Shown here one piece after another: positions 12,996 to 26,600 of a DNA stretch of 64,000 bases. The notes beneath the pieces are model-generated. The model worked only from the letters and a program-made list of their open reading frames with translations, was not told the origin of the DNA and made no database searches. Source of the DNA: Antedon mediterranea (taxonomy: Eukaryota > Animalia > Echinodermata); the NCBI RefSeq assembly GCF_964355755.1, contig NC_092677.1, forward strand, positions 13,042,101 through 13,106,100. The letters are read 5' to 3'. The position numbers and the translations under genes are program-made. Numbering within the stretch: the first letter of the stretch is position 1; each line of letters begins with the position of its first letter.

Positions 12996-13437
12996 TTAGG
13001 GTTGCACAGTTCACAGGTTGATACATACCTTTCGATGTCACTGGACATACCGTACCAGAAGAACTTTTCCTTCAGCCGAAGGGAGGTTGTGGTATAGTTG
13101 CAAAGCGGAAAAAAAATTCATCACAGGTGTACGGCTGCGTCAAAACAGGAAGTTGGACCAAGGCATTTTTGAAAGATTCAAAAGCTGGTCCTCCCTCACA
13201 TGTACAACAGCACTGCAAGGTCGAAGCATTGGTCAATAAACTCCCTGTGGTAGTTCGCCAAGCCGAGAAACAAGCCTCTTGACATCAGTGTCGGACACTG
13301 CCAGAGTGTTGTCACCAACGATGCATCCAAGGAATTCTACTTGTTTCTGAAAGAAAGCATGCTTTTTGGGTTTTAATTTAAGGTTGGCATTCTTAAATCC
13401 CAGGACTGTGGCTAAATTGTTTAGATGGTCCTCAAAG

Positions 13438-14486
13438 GGGTGTTACGAAACCTAAGACCACGAAAGCTAAGACCCCCTAAGACCTAAGATCACGAAAGCT
13501 AAGACCCAAGACCTAAGATTACAAATATTTATCTTTCGCACCTGCCTTGTATTTTCACTCCCAACATTTATTCTGAATACCACACCTTAGAACTGGCACT
13601 TTCATGAAAAAGAATCACATAAAAAGTAACAAATACATTTTTAAATTGATGATTTTACAGACGTTTTTCTCGCACACAAAATGACTAGCCTACAGTACAG
13701 TAGGCCTACCCCATGTTCAATGTTTTTGTTTCTATGGAACGTCAAAAGAGCAAAAATTATATAGAGGGCTGAAAACTCTGTGGAGTCCATCTACAGTGTG
13801 GATGGAAAAATGTAAAATTAAAATTGTAATGATAATAGTATAATCATGCAAGTACGAAGAAATAAATACTGGCAAATAAATTTTAATTTAAAAATCATGA
13901 TAAGCTTTTTTGTTTCTTTTTCTTATTATTGTTGCTCTTTTGGCGCTCCATAGAAACAAAAACATTGAGCATGGGGAGCTCGAGGAGTTACAGTATACAA
14001 AGAAACACGTCTGTTAAATCATCAATTTAAAGAATTTATTTATTTGTTTTTATGTGTTTCTCCTTCTGAAAGTACTTATAAGTCCTAATTTTAAAGTGTG
14101 GTATTTAGGATAAAGTTAGTCAACAAATTTGGAGTCAAAATACAAGAAAGGCAGGTGCGTAAGAAAAACATCCTCTGAACCAACACAATGGAGTAAATAT
14201 ATACCAACAAACAACCCGTCAAGTTTGTTTGTTGTAAAGAAAAAATATACATTTACTCAACGGGCGAAAATAATGTGAGTTTAATCTATGTTTTGCGGTA
14301 GTATTAAATTATATTTATGGTAATAAATGAAACCTACTGTGTTTAAAATTATGTATGGATAAACAAGTATTGTTTTTAAGCTGTAGTATATCTTAGAATT
14401 TGTAATCTTAGGTCTTGGGTCATAGCTTTCGTGATCTTAGGTCTTAGGGGGTCTTAGCTTTCGTGGTCTTAGGTTTCGTGACACCC
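13438..14486. mobile_element. Non-autonomous MULE-type element (MITE) inserted in the Gypsy RT
   Basis: Near-perfect ~89-bp TIRs (GGGTGTTACGAAACCTAAGACC... / ...GGTCTTAGGTTTCGTGACACCC) flanked by a duplicated (G)GTCCTCAAA(G), a 9-11-bp TSD. Removing the element restores the RT peptide GKTFEDHL. Confidence 0.92.
13532..14164. mobile_element. Palindromic MITE nested inside the MULE-type MITE
   Basis: Imperfect inverted arms of ~220 bp (13532-13755 versus 13935-14164), ends TCTTTCGCACCTGCC...GGCAGGTGCGTAAGA. Confidence 0.75.
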
Positions 14487-15866
14487 GGTCCTCAAAGGTC
14501 TTGCCTAGCACGACGATATCGTCAAAGGAAGGCTAGAACCGTGTCCCACACTAACCCTCTTATAGGATTAATCCCATGGCACGGGAGAAAGTGACAGTGG
14601 TTTTCCTCCACTGATTGGGTCCACTCCGCAGCACCTTGGCCCGGTTCCTGACATTCATAGCACACTCTCAGGGTGAGGCTGTATACTGTCTACCCGGCGA
14701 TGGTGGTGCTGTAGGTGGTACTTGCAATGTAGTTAATAGGCTGTCGAATCTGGTCGCCAGCAGGCTGACATTGGCCTTCAACTGGTCATTAGCTGGTCGA
14801 CTTTGTTTGAGTTTGATGTCCAGTTGACCCACTTGACGTTCGACCGCCTCCGTTCGCCCTTCCAGGTGATCAGGGTGGCTTGGGGTCGGCCACGATCTTT
14901 TTGATCCGTCCTATCAATCCCTAGGAACGGCAGGCTTCCGAGCAAACCCTTCCCGTACCTACCTACCTGCCTGCCGAACCTCTATCCTCCCCCAAGGTGG
15001 TTTGGTTTTGATGAAGGATGTATTGTCCAGCTTCGGCATCCAGACAGCCTACACGACAGCTCTCTGGTGTATCCAATCCCTGGGTAATTCTCGGAAAGCT
15101 TTCCTCGTCGCCCCACTCCTCCATGGACTCTCATGCCACCGCCGTATCCAACTTCACTTGCAAGACCTCAGGTAGTTCCTCAGCCTTGAAGTGGTCGTCG
15201 AAATCCAGACGCATATCCGGAGAGAGAGTGGGAGGAGTATCTCAATATCCCAGTACATCCTTGTCCCCCCCCCCCCTTCCTTGGCTCTCTCAATTAGCTT
15301 CGTTATCATCTACCTAACCCAACATCATACGAAAAGTAATGTTGGTCAAATCTATGCCCTCCGGCAGAGTCCCCATTTGTGGGAGTTAAGCTGACCTCCC
15401 TTGCTAGGTTTCAAGAATACACAGGTATGTCACAGCATTACGTGTAGCAACAAACCCTTAGCCTCGGATTCCGTGTAAAATCAATCCATTTTGTGAACTT
15501 TATTTTTCCTACCCCCTTTATATCCCCTATATTGTGTAGGGAGATATTCCAGTGCCGCTCTCCAGTTTATTAGTTTCTGGGTGCACGGAATTGTGAAAGC
15601 GCAGCGGGATATTTGATCCATTGTCGTGCCTTGACGAACTCTATGCTAACAATTAAGTAACTTGGCATCTAGAATTTACGTTTTTGCACGCAGCGCAAAT
15701 CTTGTAAATCGCTGAGTGATTAATATGATTAATACAAGGAGTGGCTTACCTGCTTTGAGGGGCTGCTCTCCTTGCTCGTCATATAGGTCACACGTTGGCA
15801 CAATAATGAGATAATAATAAGATCCGGCAGCACACTATACAAGAGAACGCAACGTAGCTCAAAGCA

Positions 15867-16057
15867 TGTAAGGGATTCCGTTCCTTTGTTGTGTCTGCAC
15901 GGATTAATCCGGGTTACAGGGACTGATACCTAGCTTTAATAGGTAGTAGTTGCAGTATTATCGGTGATCAAAACACATGTGTACATCAATCAGTAATCAA
16001 ATCCAAAGAGACTGCTCCGCTCTTAGTGGACAGCTCACATGACCTTGTGTCACGCTG
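15867..16057 (-). repeat. 5' LTR of the Gypsy element
   Basis: Direct-repeat partner of 11384-11574. Confidence 0.8.
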
Positions 16058-16307
16058 GGAGGCTCAACCATTATTCAGTTTAGGTTAGGCCTAAAGACAG
16101 GCCTATTTTATAGGCTATATATTAGGCCTATGCAGTAGTATAAGCTATATATAGACTTGTGTAGTATTGTCTATTTTTCTAATTTAACAACTCCCTTTTT
16201 GCAATTATTAGGACCAAAATACAAATTCAACATACTTTTTTTAATTGTACAATTTTTTTTTAGTACTGTGCAACTTTTTCCACCTTTTACTGGTCACACA
16301 TGATGCG

Positions 16308-19300
16308 ATGCTAGAGAAAAAAAGACTGTGTCGGTGTGCTGTACTAATAGGTTTTGTATGCCTTGGTATCGTCGTGGTTACAAACATCTTCTTTATTCAC
16401 CCTGAAGTTGGTATTAATTCTTTACCAAAAAGTGAAGAACATGGTAGGTTTAAATTGAAGGTAGTTAGCTAAAAGTGGGTAGAAAAATTGATATTGTTAA
16501 GCTCTGATTCTGAGTGTCTACACTATGAAACTTTATGTAACAAAAAAAATATGATGTGCCCAAATATGGACATGCTGATGTCATATCACTACCATATTTG
16601 GGCACATCACACTTTTTTGCCCACATAGTTTGATAGTGTAGACAGAGCTTTACACAATTTGATGCTTCTTTTGGTGGTTCTAGAAATAAATGGAAATATA
16701 AACTAAACTTCTAGGTGGAACAAAAATATAATGCTTTAAACCCAGAAGGCAACCACACCTGGATATGGACAGATATTTAATTGGCTAGGACTTCAGTCTC
16801 ATGAATTTTAAATGAACCTTAGCAACATAACAATTTTTTTTTCTCTTGATCTATTTCAGGAGAGCGAATATGGGAACAACGACTAATTGAAAAAGAATCA
16901 GAAGTGAACCACCAAGATTTAATCAGGTACGAAAAACTTACAACCTCTGCCCCCAAAATATTAAATATTAAATTACCCAAGGACTACAGGTACAAGCATG
17001 CTGCCCAACTGCTTGCACCCTAAAAACATTAATTAATAAATTATCAAACGTCTAAAAAATCCACATAAATATGTACTTGTTCTAAGCCTATTTAACTAAT
17101 TTGATTGATGTACAGTACCTTTATAAAATGTTAAATGTATTAATTACTGGTCCTCAAGTTTAACTTAAAACTGAGAAAATTCGGATTAGACCCTCTACTG
17201 ACCCACGGCAGCCAGCAGTGCAGCGCCTACCAGATCAGCACACCGGGAGACGATCCCCTACTCTTTTCGAATAGTGTACTAAGTTCTTTAACATGCATCA
17301 TAACAGATATTTCTATATAATTCTCTATATAGTTCTCCTTTCAGTAAAGCTCTGTTTACACTATCAAAATATATGACAACAAAATGTGATGCAGTATGGA
17401 CATGATGAATAATCATATCACTACCATTGGGCATATTATTACCATATTTGGGCACATCACACTTTTTAAACTAGTTTGATAGTGTAGACAGAGCTTAAAT
17501 TTTTAAATGCAAAGTCGAGTCCATTGTTGCCTTGTGGGATATATTGTGCAGCCTGTTTACATTTTTTTCTCTATAATTTGTCAAATATTTCAGGCAGGAA
17601 TTGTTAGAACAAAGCTCAACATGTTCACCAAATAAAGCAAGAAATAGATTATTTAATCTTTTTGGAGATACAAAGTAAGCAACTTATTATTAATTACTTG
17701 GCAATATTTTATTTTGCCAAGCATAGTACTTTGTGTGTTTATCAGCACGATAGCGCCTACAATTTTAAAGTAATCATTCTGAATTTTTCCGTGTAAATAG
17801 GTATCTTACAGAACATTGATTTTCAGGAAAATTGATATATTCGTCACGGCACAAAAGCTTATTATAAATTATAATAAAATCTGACTTACCTGTATCTTAT
17901 ACAAGATATTAAATTTCACACCCTTTGCATTGTTTATCATGGACCGAAATATCAATTAGTGAGCCCTCTCTCGCCGAATACAATTTTTTCTGATATATTT
18001 TGCCAAGTACTTCACTTAGTTTCTGAGTGCTTTCATTTCATTTATTATTTTCATGTATAGAGTATCACGGTGCTGACGTCACGACGGTAGGTGGCGCTGC
18101 GTGATTGCTAGCGCAACCAAAAATGCGTTTAGCCTGCCTGAGTGACTCCAAGGTCACCAATGGTTTGGAATAGGCTTATTCAAGTAGTCATTTTAAAACT
18201 TTTTTTTTTTGTATAATCTATTTATTCTTCAACTACAGTTTCAGTTTAAAAAAATCAAGCTAAGATACATAATTTGATAGAAATACAATTATTTACTGTT
18301 TATCAACATAGTAGCGCTGAACGCATTTTTTGGTTGGCTAGCAACCATTCAGCGCCCTCTATCATTTCGACGTTACACCGTGATACTCTATACTGTATAT
18401 GTAACTGAAGCCTGGATACACAATTTGATGAGAATTAGGTAGTGGGATACAGTACTGTACTTTGATTGTATTAATAATGATGGACATTTTTCCACTAAAT
18501 ATAGTGGGTGGGATTATTTACTCAGACATGGGATTATACTCGGTCATACAGTATACACGTGTTATTATTGTATGTATTGCATTTTATACAATTGCTTGTA
18601 CATTTTTATTTTTAATCATACAGTATAATTTAAAGGATTGAACATTATTTCTATAATATATTCAATATATTTTATTGTATTTAGAATATAATACTCTTAT
18701 TTTACTAATTACAGGTTTGATCTTTCAATGAAAATATTTTTAGATGAAAAATATAACGACACAGAAGAAAATGTAAGGTACCCACCACCTTTTGGTATGA
18801 AAGGAGCAGGTAAAGGCATTAATACGTTCAATCCATTTTGCACTGCATTCTATTATCTTCACTATTTCATCCCTTTCCATCCAGTTCTCCATACTGTATA
18901 TTATACCTCTTTCACACCAAAACTCCGGGAGTGATCTCCAGGACACTCCTGGATTTATGACCATTCAAAACATCGAGAAACTCTTGAGATCCCCTTTCAC
19001 ACCAACCTAGCAACACCAGGGCTTATAAAATAAATTGTAAATGTCGCCCTTTATGTTGTTTGTTTACATAGCGATGATCATTAGAATATTATTTTAATTG
19101 AAAATATATTTAATTTGATAATTATTTGCAAAAGTCTCAGAGGTCATATAATGTTTTATTGATACTACTTAATATTTTCTAGACCCGCTATATATTTTTT
19201 ACAAATATTTAAAGTATTTTGAAATAATACTAAAGCAATGAGTGATCGTCATAAAAAGTCCAGGGTTCAATCCTGATAGTGTACCATGATTGTAAATGAG

Positions 19301-22300
19301 ACATTATTTAGAAGTATGCTACCATTAAATAAACGAATTGTTTTTTATGCATGAAATAAAAAAAAATGACTAAACATTTAAACAAATTTGTTTTTCATTT
19401 TAGAAGCAAATTTGGATAAAGTATTCAAAATTATAACAGAGAGAGGCGTTCCATACAATATAGCAAAGTAAGTGGAACCCAGAATAATAAATACATTTAT
19501 TTTGTTAACATACATTGTTTATTGCAGTTATTGCCTTTATGTCTACATTGAAATAAACTATAGTTATAAATTGCTGCAGTAAAACTAATGTAGTTACTGC
19601 AGTAACTGCTGTATGACATGATCCTAAATAAAATCCTTTTTTTTTGTATATATATTGTGTTTGATTATTTTTTTAAATATTACGAACTTGTATAAAACCA
19701 ATCACTGTTGATTGAATGAGTTGTACTTTGCATCAGTCTTGTGTCTAAATGAAGTTTATATATATCATGTACGCCCATAACATGATCTATAAAAAGAAAA
19801 AATAATATTTTATTATAATTCAACAAATTCAAATGTTGCATTAAAAGTGTTTTAATTATTTATTATTATTATTATTTGAGTGTACACATACTGAATGTAA
19901 ATAAAATAAATTATGTAGATAAAAATAGAATTTAATATTAAAAAAAATTTTCTTGCAGAAAAGCTTGCCGACGTTGTATAGTTGTAGGCAATGGAGGCAT
20001 TCTTTCAAAAAGAAAATTAGGTCAAGTTATTGATAATTATGATGTTGTAATTAGGTAAGTGCAATTAATTAGATGTTTTACACAACTATTCAACGAAAAA
20101 TATATAAATTTCTCCTAATTTTTTAGATAAATCATGAATGATTCCACCGAACTTCCGAGTTAAAATAACTATAGTAAGACATTTAATGAATAGGCAAACT
20201 GCCTTAAAATGTGACATGTTTCGAGAAGCTATTCTCATCATCAGAACAGAAAACAACACCTAGAGTACTTATATACCAATAGGACAGGTTATATGTAAAT
20301 GAGTAAGTAATTAGTATGATAAAACAACAAGGAACATACAATCATATGGCAAGCGTGCCGCCAAATTATAGATTTGTTTGTTCAAGGAAGGTTTACTCCA
20401 CGGGATGTGATCATAAGTTTGAAAGCAGAATCCGCAAAATCCAGAACAGTGAAGCATTCCGCATTAGCGAGGGCCTTACACCGTTCTCCAATTTTTTTCT
20501 AATCAAAGAAACTGAACATTTTTTTATTTATTTAAAAACATATTTATACACTAGGATAAAAAAACATATCAGGTACAGATATTGTACCTCTTACATATGG
20601 TCTAGTTTTTTTTAGAGCGATACGACAACCTGAGCTTGTCAGATAAAAAAAAGTCGGTAAAAAAAAATGCCCTCTACCCAGTTGCATAAGTGAATAGAGG
20701 TTACATACCTGTTATCCACTGCGACTTCTACAATGACTCAACCACCTGACCATGGCTGAGTTTGATATTTTAATTTTATAACAATTGCTTGCCATCAGGG
20801 AACTATATTTCAATAGTGTGACAAAATACTAAAGCTCTGTCTACACTCTTAATCTTTATGTGATGTGCCCATATATGGACATGATGATGTCATATTACTA
20901 CCATATTTAAGCATATCACTACCATATTTGGGCATATAACATTTTTTAACAAGTTTTATAGTGTAGACACCTTAATTTTTTATTTTTTTGCTAGAATGAA
21001 TGATGCTCCTCTTGATAAATATAAAGTAGATGTAGGAGGTAAAACAACGTTTCGTTTTATGTATCCAGAGGGCGCTTATGTAGCACCAGGAAGTTATCAC
21101 AAGAACTCAACTATAGTGTTTATGACTTTTAAGCCCTTAGATTTACAATGGCTTGAAACAATGCTAAACAAAGAAAAATTAGTGAGTAATAACTCTTTTA
21201 TATCTTTTTATTTTCTTTATATTTTTATTTATTTTAAGACAAAATAAATAATAATAAAAACAAAAATAATATTGGGGTTAACTTATAACCTATATCATTA
21301 AATGATTCCACATCTTAGAGTCAGTTGTTCCCATTAATTTATCAAAATCATATAGACGATCTAAAGCTAATTGAAATGCTTTTTTGGCCTAAATAAGAAT
21401 GTACATCTCTCTGAAATTTCAGTCAGGAAATCAGAGTTCATGTTTGATATTGTTAAAAAAAAATAGGTGGCGCTAGTGAATTTTACGTTCAGAATTACAG
21501 TAATGTTCTTAGGTTTTTTTTTGTACATGAAAAATAGAGAAATAAAGTGCTATTTAACGATTGCATACTATTGCACACCATGTGACCCACAATCGTCCAG
21601 TGAAATGACAGGAATTTATTTATCTGTTATATAATAACAAATATTTGATAATTTGTTATATTTTTCAGAAATCAACTAAAGGATTTTGGAAGAAAATACC
21701 GATGTTGCTTCCGAAAACTGCAAGTCAAGTTAGAATTTTTAACCCATCCATTATTCAAGAATTAGCATTTGATATTCTAAAGCTTCCAATTAACAAAGGA
21801 ATTATGAAAAAGGTATTATACTCTATTTGCTATTTTAAATTGTATTATAATTCTTCCAAACCTGATTAGAAACTAACACTATAATGAGAGATGTTTCAAA
21901 ATGGGCAATGGGTTTGGTAATGGGCAACTAACTAAAGGCAGGCGCTTATTACATAAAAAGGAGGCCTAGCTACCCGACCCAGTAGATATTCTACTTGTTG
22001 TTGGCTATGGAATATAACAGATATCGCCTATTATATCGGTAAAACATAAGATTTTACATTTCCTCGGGAATGATAATTTTTTTTTAATATCATTCCCACA
22101 GGGATTTCAAATCTTATATTTAGCCTCTATCTCTAAGCAGGCAATATCTGTATAATATCTTATCTTTTTTTTTCTGTTAGAATGTGCCAACAACTGGAGC
22201 TCTTGCCATAATGTTTTCACTTCGTTTCTGCGATGAGATCGCCCTCGCCGGTTTTGGTTACAATCTTAAAGATCCTAATTCTAAACTGCATTATTATGAT

Positions 22301-22429
22301 AATAACAAAGTGAAGATAATCGCAAAGTCCTGGACTCATAACATAAGTGACGAACAAAAATTTCTTAGAGCATTGGCACAGTTTGGAGTTATACATGATA
22401 TTACCGGCGGCTTGTTACAGAAGAAGTGA
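16308..22429 (+). CDS. ST3GAL3: GT29 alpha-2,3-sialyltransferase, ST3GAL3-like (9 coding exons)
   Basis: Exons 16308-16443, 16860-16926, 17594-17674, 18715-18809, 19404-19467, 19959-20054, 20995-21181, 21669-21812, 22181-22429, all phase-compatible. Type II TM anchor; sialylmotif L ([13 protein letters not shown]...[14 protein letters not shown]...DVGGKTT), S ([25 protein letters not shown]), III (HYYD) and VS (HNISDE). YPEGA, GFWK and SWTHNI match the ST3GAL3 subgroup; exact orthology needs a tree. Confidence 0.93.
16499..16650. mobile_element. PIF/Harbinger-type MITE, family copy 1
   Basis: AGCTCTG...GTCTACACTAT / ATAGTGTAGACAGAGCT TIRs and internal CATCACTACCATATTTGGGCACATCAC. Confidence 0.8.
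17195..17300 (-). mobile_element. Deu/Nin-domain SINE fragment
   Basis: Minus strand reads TGCATGTTAAAGAACTTAGTACACTATTCGAAAAGAGTAGGGGATCGTCTCCCGGTGT, resembling the conserved central domain of DeuSINE/AmnSINE as I recall it. Confidence 0.65.
17348..17495. mobile_element. PIF/Harbinger-type MITE, family copy 2
   Basis: TAA|AGCTCTGTTTACACTATCAAA...TTTGATAGTGTAGACAGAGCT|TAA, 3-bp TAA TSD. Confidence 0.88.
18056..18392. mobile_element. MITE with ~75-bp TIRs
   Basis: TATAGAGTATCACGGTG...GCTAGCGCAACCAAAAATGCGTTTAGC / GCTGAACGCATTTTTTGGTTGGCTAGC...CACCGTGATACTCTATA. Confidence 0.85.
20833..20970. mobile_element. PIF/Harbinger-type MITE, family copy 3
   Basis: AGCTCTGTCTACACT...ATAGTGTAGACA with the same internal sequence. 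It ends about 25 bp before an exon acceptor. Confidence 0.8.
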
Positions 22430-23525
22430 TGATTGTACTTAATAATTTTACCTATCTTATTTGCACATGAGGCTGTGTTTTTTTTTTCTTTTAGAAAGCA
22501 CAAAAATATTTTTTTAATTATACAGTAGTATTTAATACATATTTAAAGACCCATTCTCTACAATGTTTTACATTTTGTAAAAATAATGCATATATATTTA
22601 AAAACATAAAACAAGGTCATTCCTTAACGTACGTTTTATGGTAAATTATGATAAAAGAAAGAGACAATGCATTACTAATGTCCTCTCTCGTGGACGGTCT
22701 TTAGGACTAGCCAGCTAGCTGGTAAACAGCAGTAACTTACGAACATCGTACGCTAGCTATAGGCCTAGCCTGAAGTTGCTAGTCCCGTTAATTTCACCTA
22801 TTCTGCACTGTGTATGTAGTAACAGTGTGTATACTGTATATACTTAGACACAAAATTTTATTTGCTTCAGGTCACAATGGCATAATAGTTTTTCTGTGCG
22901 CAATATTCTAACATATGACGTGCATGTGGTGTTTGCGCTGCGGATAACCTAACTCGTCCATAGTGACGAGTTCAAATCTAGTTCTTTCTGTTTTTGCCAG
23001 ATTCTGTTAATGGTAAAACTAACATTGGTTATTATTAATAATATTAAGCTATTTATCTACTGTTTAGTAACCCAGAATCTTATAAGATATATCGTCTCTG
23101 AAAATTATCCCAATTAATACAGATTTATTACAGGTTATGAAATGTCAACAAACTTACAAACAAATTTGCATCAACTGTTATTGACAGTATTGAACATTTA
23201 TTTGTACTCCATGTCATTTTATTCAGTTTTTATTAACTCTAATTAAACAAAGTAGAATATTGTATTTTATTAACATTATATAAATGATGACATAAATATA
23301 TATGTTTTTTTTTTGTAAATATTTTTGAAATGCACTTTTTTTAAATAAAAATTTGTGTAATTCCATCTGTGTGCTAATATTGCATTTTACTTCAGCACTA
23401 GTACATGAATATAAAAAAGAAAATTACAAAAGTCTAGACTTATTATGCAATAATATTGCTTTATATCTGCAGTGTACGTTTTATCATTACTATAGTACAG
23501 GTATTGAATAATGGCCAATTATCGA

Positions 23526-23630
23526 TTGTTGAGGGCTAGTGTTGCCCGAAAGCTCTGCTAAGTTGTCTGGCTGTTTTTAGTTTTGAGTTAGCTTTTCGCT
23601 TTTTTTTGTATCTCCATTGAGATCCAGTAA
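23526..23630 (+). mobile_element. Penelope-type repeat fragment with the 3' half of a hammerhead motif
   Basis: GAGGGCTAGTGTTGCCCGAAAGCTCTGCTAAG..., homologous to 36095-36530 and 52080-52630. Confidence 0.55.
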
Positions 23631-26600
23631 CAGTTTAATCGAAAAATAAAAAGGTCGAAAATTGGTTCTTTTTTTAAAATATCCCTGTAATAGTACAGGG
23701 AAATTTTCGAAAAATGGCAAATTTGTGACCTTTTTATTTTTACATAAATGGTTACTATGCGCAGAGTCAAATAATGCATCATGCGCATGCCAATTGTGCT
23801 TTAGTAACCACTTTTGACATAAATGGTTACTATAGCATAATAAACATGCGCAGAGTCGAATAATGGGTTCTGCACATGCCAATTGTACTATAGTAACAAG
23901 TTTTATCGAAAAGTAAAAAGGTCGAAAATTAGTCATTTTTTGACAAAATCCGTGTACTATATAGTACAGGGAAATTTTCGAAAAAATGGCCAATTTTCGA
24001 CCCTTTTATTTGTTGACATAAATGGTTACTATAGCATTATAAACATGCGCAGAGTCGAATAATGCATTCAGCGCATATCAATTGGCTATAGTAACCACTT
24101 TTGACATAAATGGTTACTATAACATAATAAACATGCGGAGAGTCGAATAATGGGTTATGCGCGTGCCAATTGTACTATAGTAACAAGTTTTATCGAAAAG
24201 TAAAAAGGTCGAAAATTAGTCATATTTTGAAAAAATCCCTGTACTATACAGGGAAATTTTCGAAAAATGGTCAATTTTCGACCCTTTTATTTGTTGACAT
24301 AAAAATTGTTACTATAGCATTATAAACATGCGCAGAGTCGAAAAATGGGTTCTGCGCATGTCAATTGGCTATAGTAACCACTTTTGACATAAATGGTTAC
24401 TATAACATAATAAACATGTGCAGAGTCGAATAATGGGTTATGCGCATGCTAATTGTACTATAGTAACAAGTTTTATCGAAAAATAAAAAGGTCGAAAATT
24501 AGTCATACTAGATGGCACGCCCGCTTCGCTCGCGTACCATCTAGGGGTGCTCACAGATGGTTCTCGAATACAGTAGAATCCACGGACGGGGACTTTTTTG
24601 GGACACTAAACAAAAACGGAAGTGTCCCCCTAATTGGGGTATTCAGAAATAGAGACAACAAAACCAATACTGGATTCCATAAAGGACAATTAATTTATGT
24701 GGATTAAAGAAATTAGGGAGAAATGGAAATGTATGTACGGGAATTTGGCGACACGTGGTGGTGGTGATGGAACCGCAGTAATAAAGTTGATTGTATTTAT
24801 ATATTATAAGAACCAAACTAAATAAATAGACCTAGACATTCTGCGAAATGAAAATCGGAAATGCAAGCTCCTATTCAGTGAAAAATTAAACTGTAGTCTA
24901 CCTAAATATTTAGGGCAAATCATCGGTTGTGGTGTTGAAATTCCTGTAAACATTTGTGTGAACCAAACTGGGTCGAATTTCTGTCATGAGTACTGATTTG
25001 TTGGCCTGTGATTTATGACGCCTAAGGGATCTATCTAGACTTATTTTTTAGAATAATGTACGTACCTGTCAGATACAATTTTCTTGTGTCGTATAATAAA
25101 TAAGTACTGTAATAGTTACTGAAGTTACTATTACAATCTCGTCAATGAAAACACGAAAATGTATATGCACTTACTTATGAAAACGTATACAGTATTATAC
25201 TCAGTTATTGAAACAGTAGGTTTAAAAGTTTCGTTTGTCTGTAAAATGATGTAATCAAGCTGTTTACATGAGTCTTAATTTATAAGCACATCAATAATAA
25301 AATAGTTTATCTATCCTGTAATTGGCGAGATTATGGTCGCTGTTGAATGAAATAAAGCCAATCGGTATCATATTTGTACAGAAACGTTTTCGCGGCCGAA
25401 GGGTGTAACCTAAATTCGTTGTATTATCGTCAAGAACTAACTGTAACTAAACTTACATAGAAAGTAGGGTATCATAAATTTGGCCTTAGCACTCGGGGGA
25501 GTGGCTGAGATGAAGTCCGTGGGACTACTAAATATAAATTGTAATGAACCTCGAGGGACATAAATAGGAATATTTCATGTTTCATTATCAATGTATAATA
25601 AATGGAAACTGTTTACCGATTCAAATAATAGAAATTGGTTTTTAACATTTTCCGAACCTATTGCAAGTTTATTCTCAAAGGGCCCATATATTTACCTACC
25701 GTATGTGTTAAACCAAGGGCTCATAAATTTACCTACAGTACTTGTGTTAAACCAAACTCTGGCAGACTGAGAGATTGGGATGTTCCATTCATCGCAAATC
25801 AATACATTTGTATAATCGTATATTAAATCTATCAAAATAGTATTTTTTAAAGAAAATCGGCCTGTCTTCAACATTATGATGGTGTACTCTAGCAATCTAT
25901 CAAAATAGTATTTTTTAAAGAAAATCGGCCTGTCTTCAACATTATGATGGTGTACTCTAGCTGTTCAACCGGTTTTCAGCTATTAAAAACAATTATCGTA
26001 GGAGGAGATAGGAAAATGCGAAGCCTCCTCGCTATGTAACATTAGGGTTGAGGGATGGGAAAGCGGATAGGTACAAAGAGGAACAATTTTTAAATATATT
26101 CTTTATCCACTGAGTAACGAAATATTTTGTTCATGTTTTATAGGCCTATAAATAATATACCTCTAAATACAGTAGGCCTAAAACATTTGCGATTTAATAC
26201 TTTGTTAAAACTGTCACTGTCATAATCAATTGAAATATTAAAGTACATGTCACGATACACCACTACGACGTTTATATTTTTGGTAATTATTAATTAATAC
26301 AAACGTTGAGAAGGAACTGTCAGTATAAAGTTTATTTGTATATCTAACAGTAGAGCCTATCCACAGTCTCAGTAATAAAGTTTATTTGTATATATTTTTA
26401 TATTACATCTAACAGTACGAACATTCACAGTAAGAAATGTTCGATTCAAATGAAAAATAGTTAATAGGTATTTACAGTATTGTCAAAGTATTGCAAGTTT
26501 ATTCTCAAAGGGCCCATATATTTACCTACCGTATGTGTTCAAGGGCTCATAAATTTACCTACAGTACTTGTGTTAAACCAAACTCTGGCAGACTGAGAGA

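Larger units (their letters stand above)
11384..16057 (-). mobile_element. Degenerate, internally deleted Ty3/Gypsy LTR retrotransposon
   Basis: Diverged direct repeats at 11384-11574 and 15867-16057. Minus-strand order: gag relic with CYECQEPG knuckle (~14650), RT (FDDIVVLGKTFEDHL...LKLKPKK...VEFLG), integrase (HIDFLEPLP...LMMVDRFTKWVEA...LHSDEGSNF...YRPAANGLVERYN). Purine tract GAGCGGGGG precedes the 3' LTR. Confidence 0.9.
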
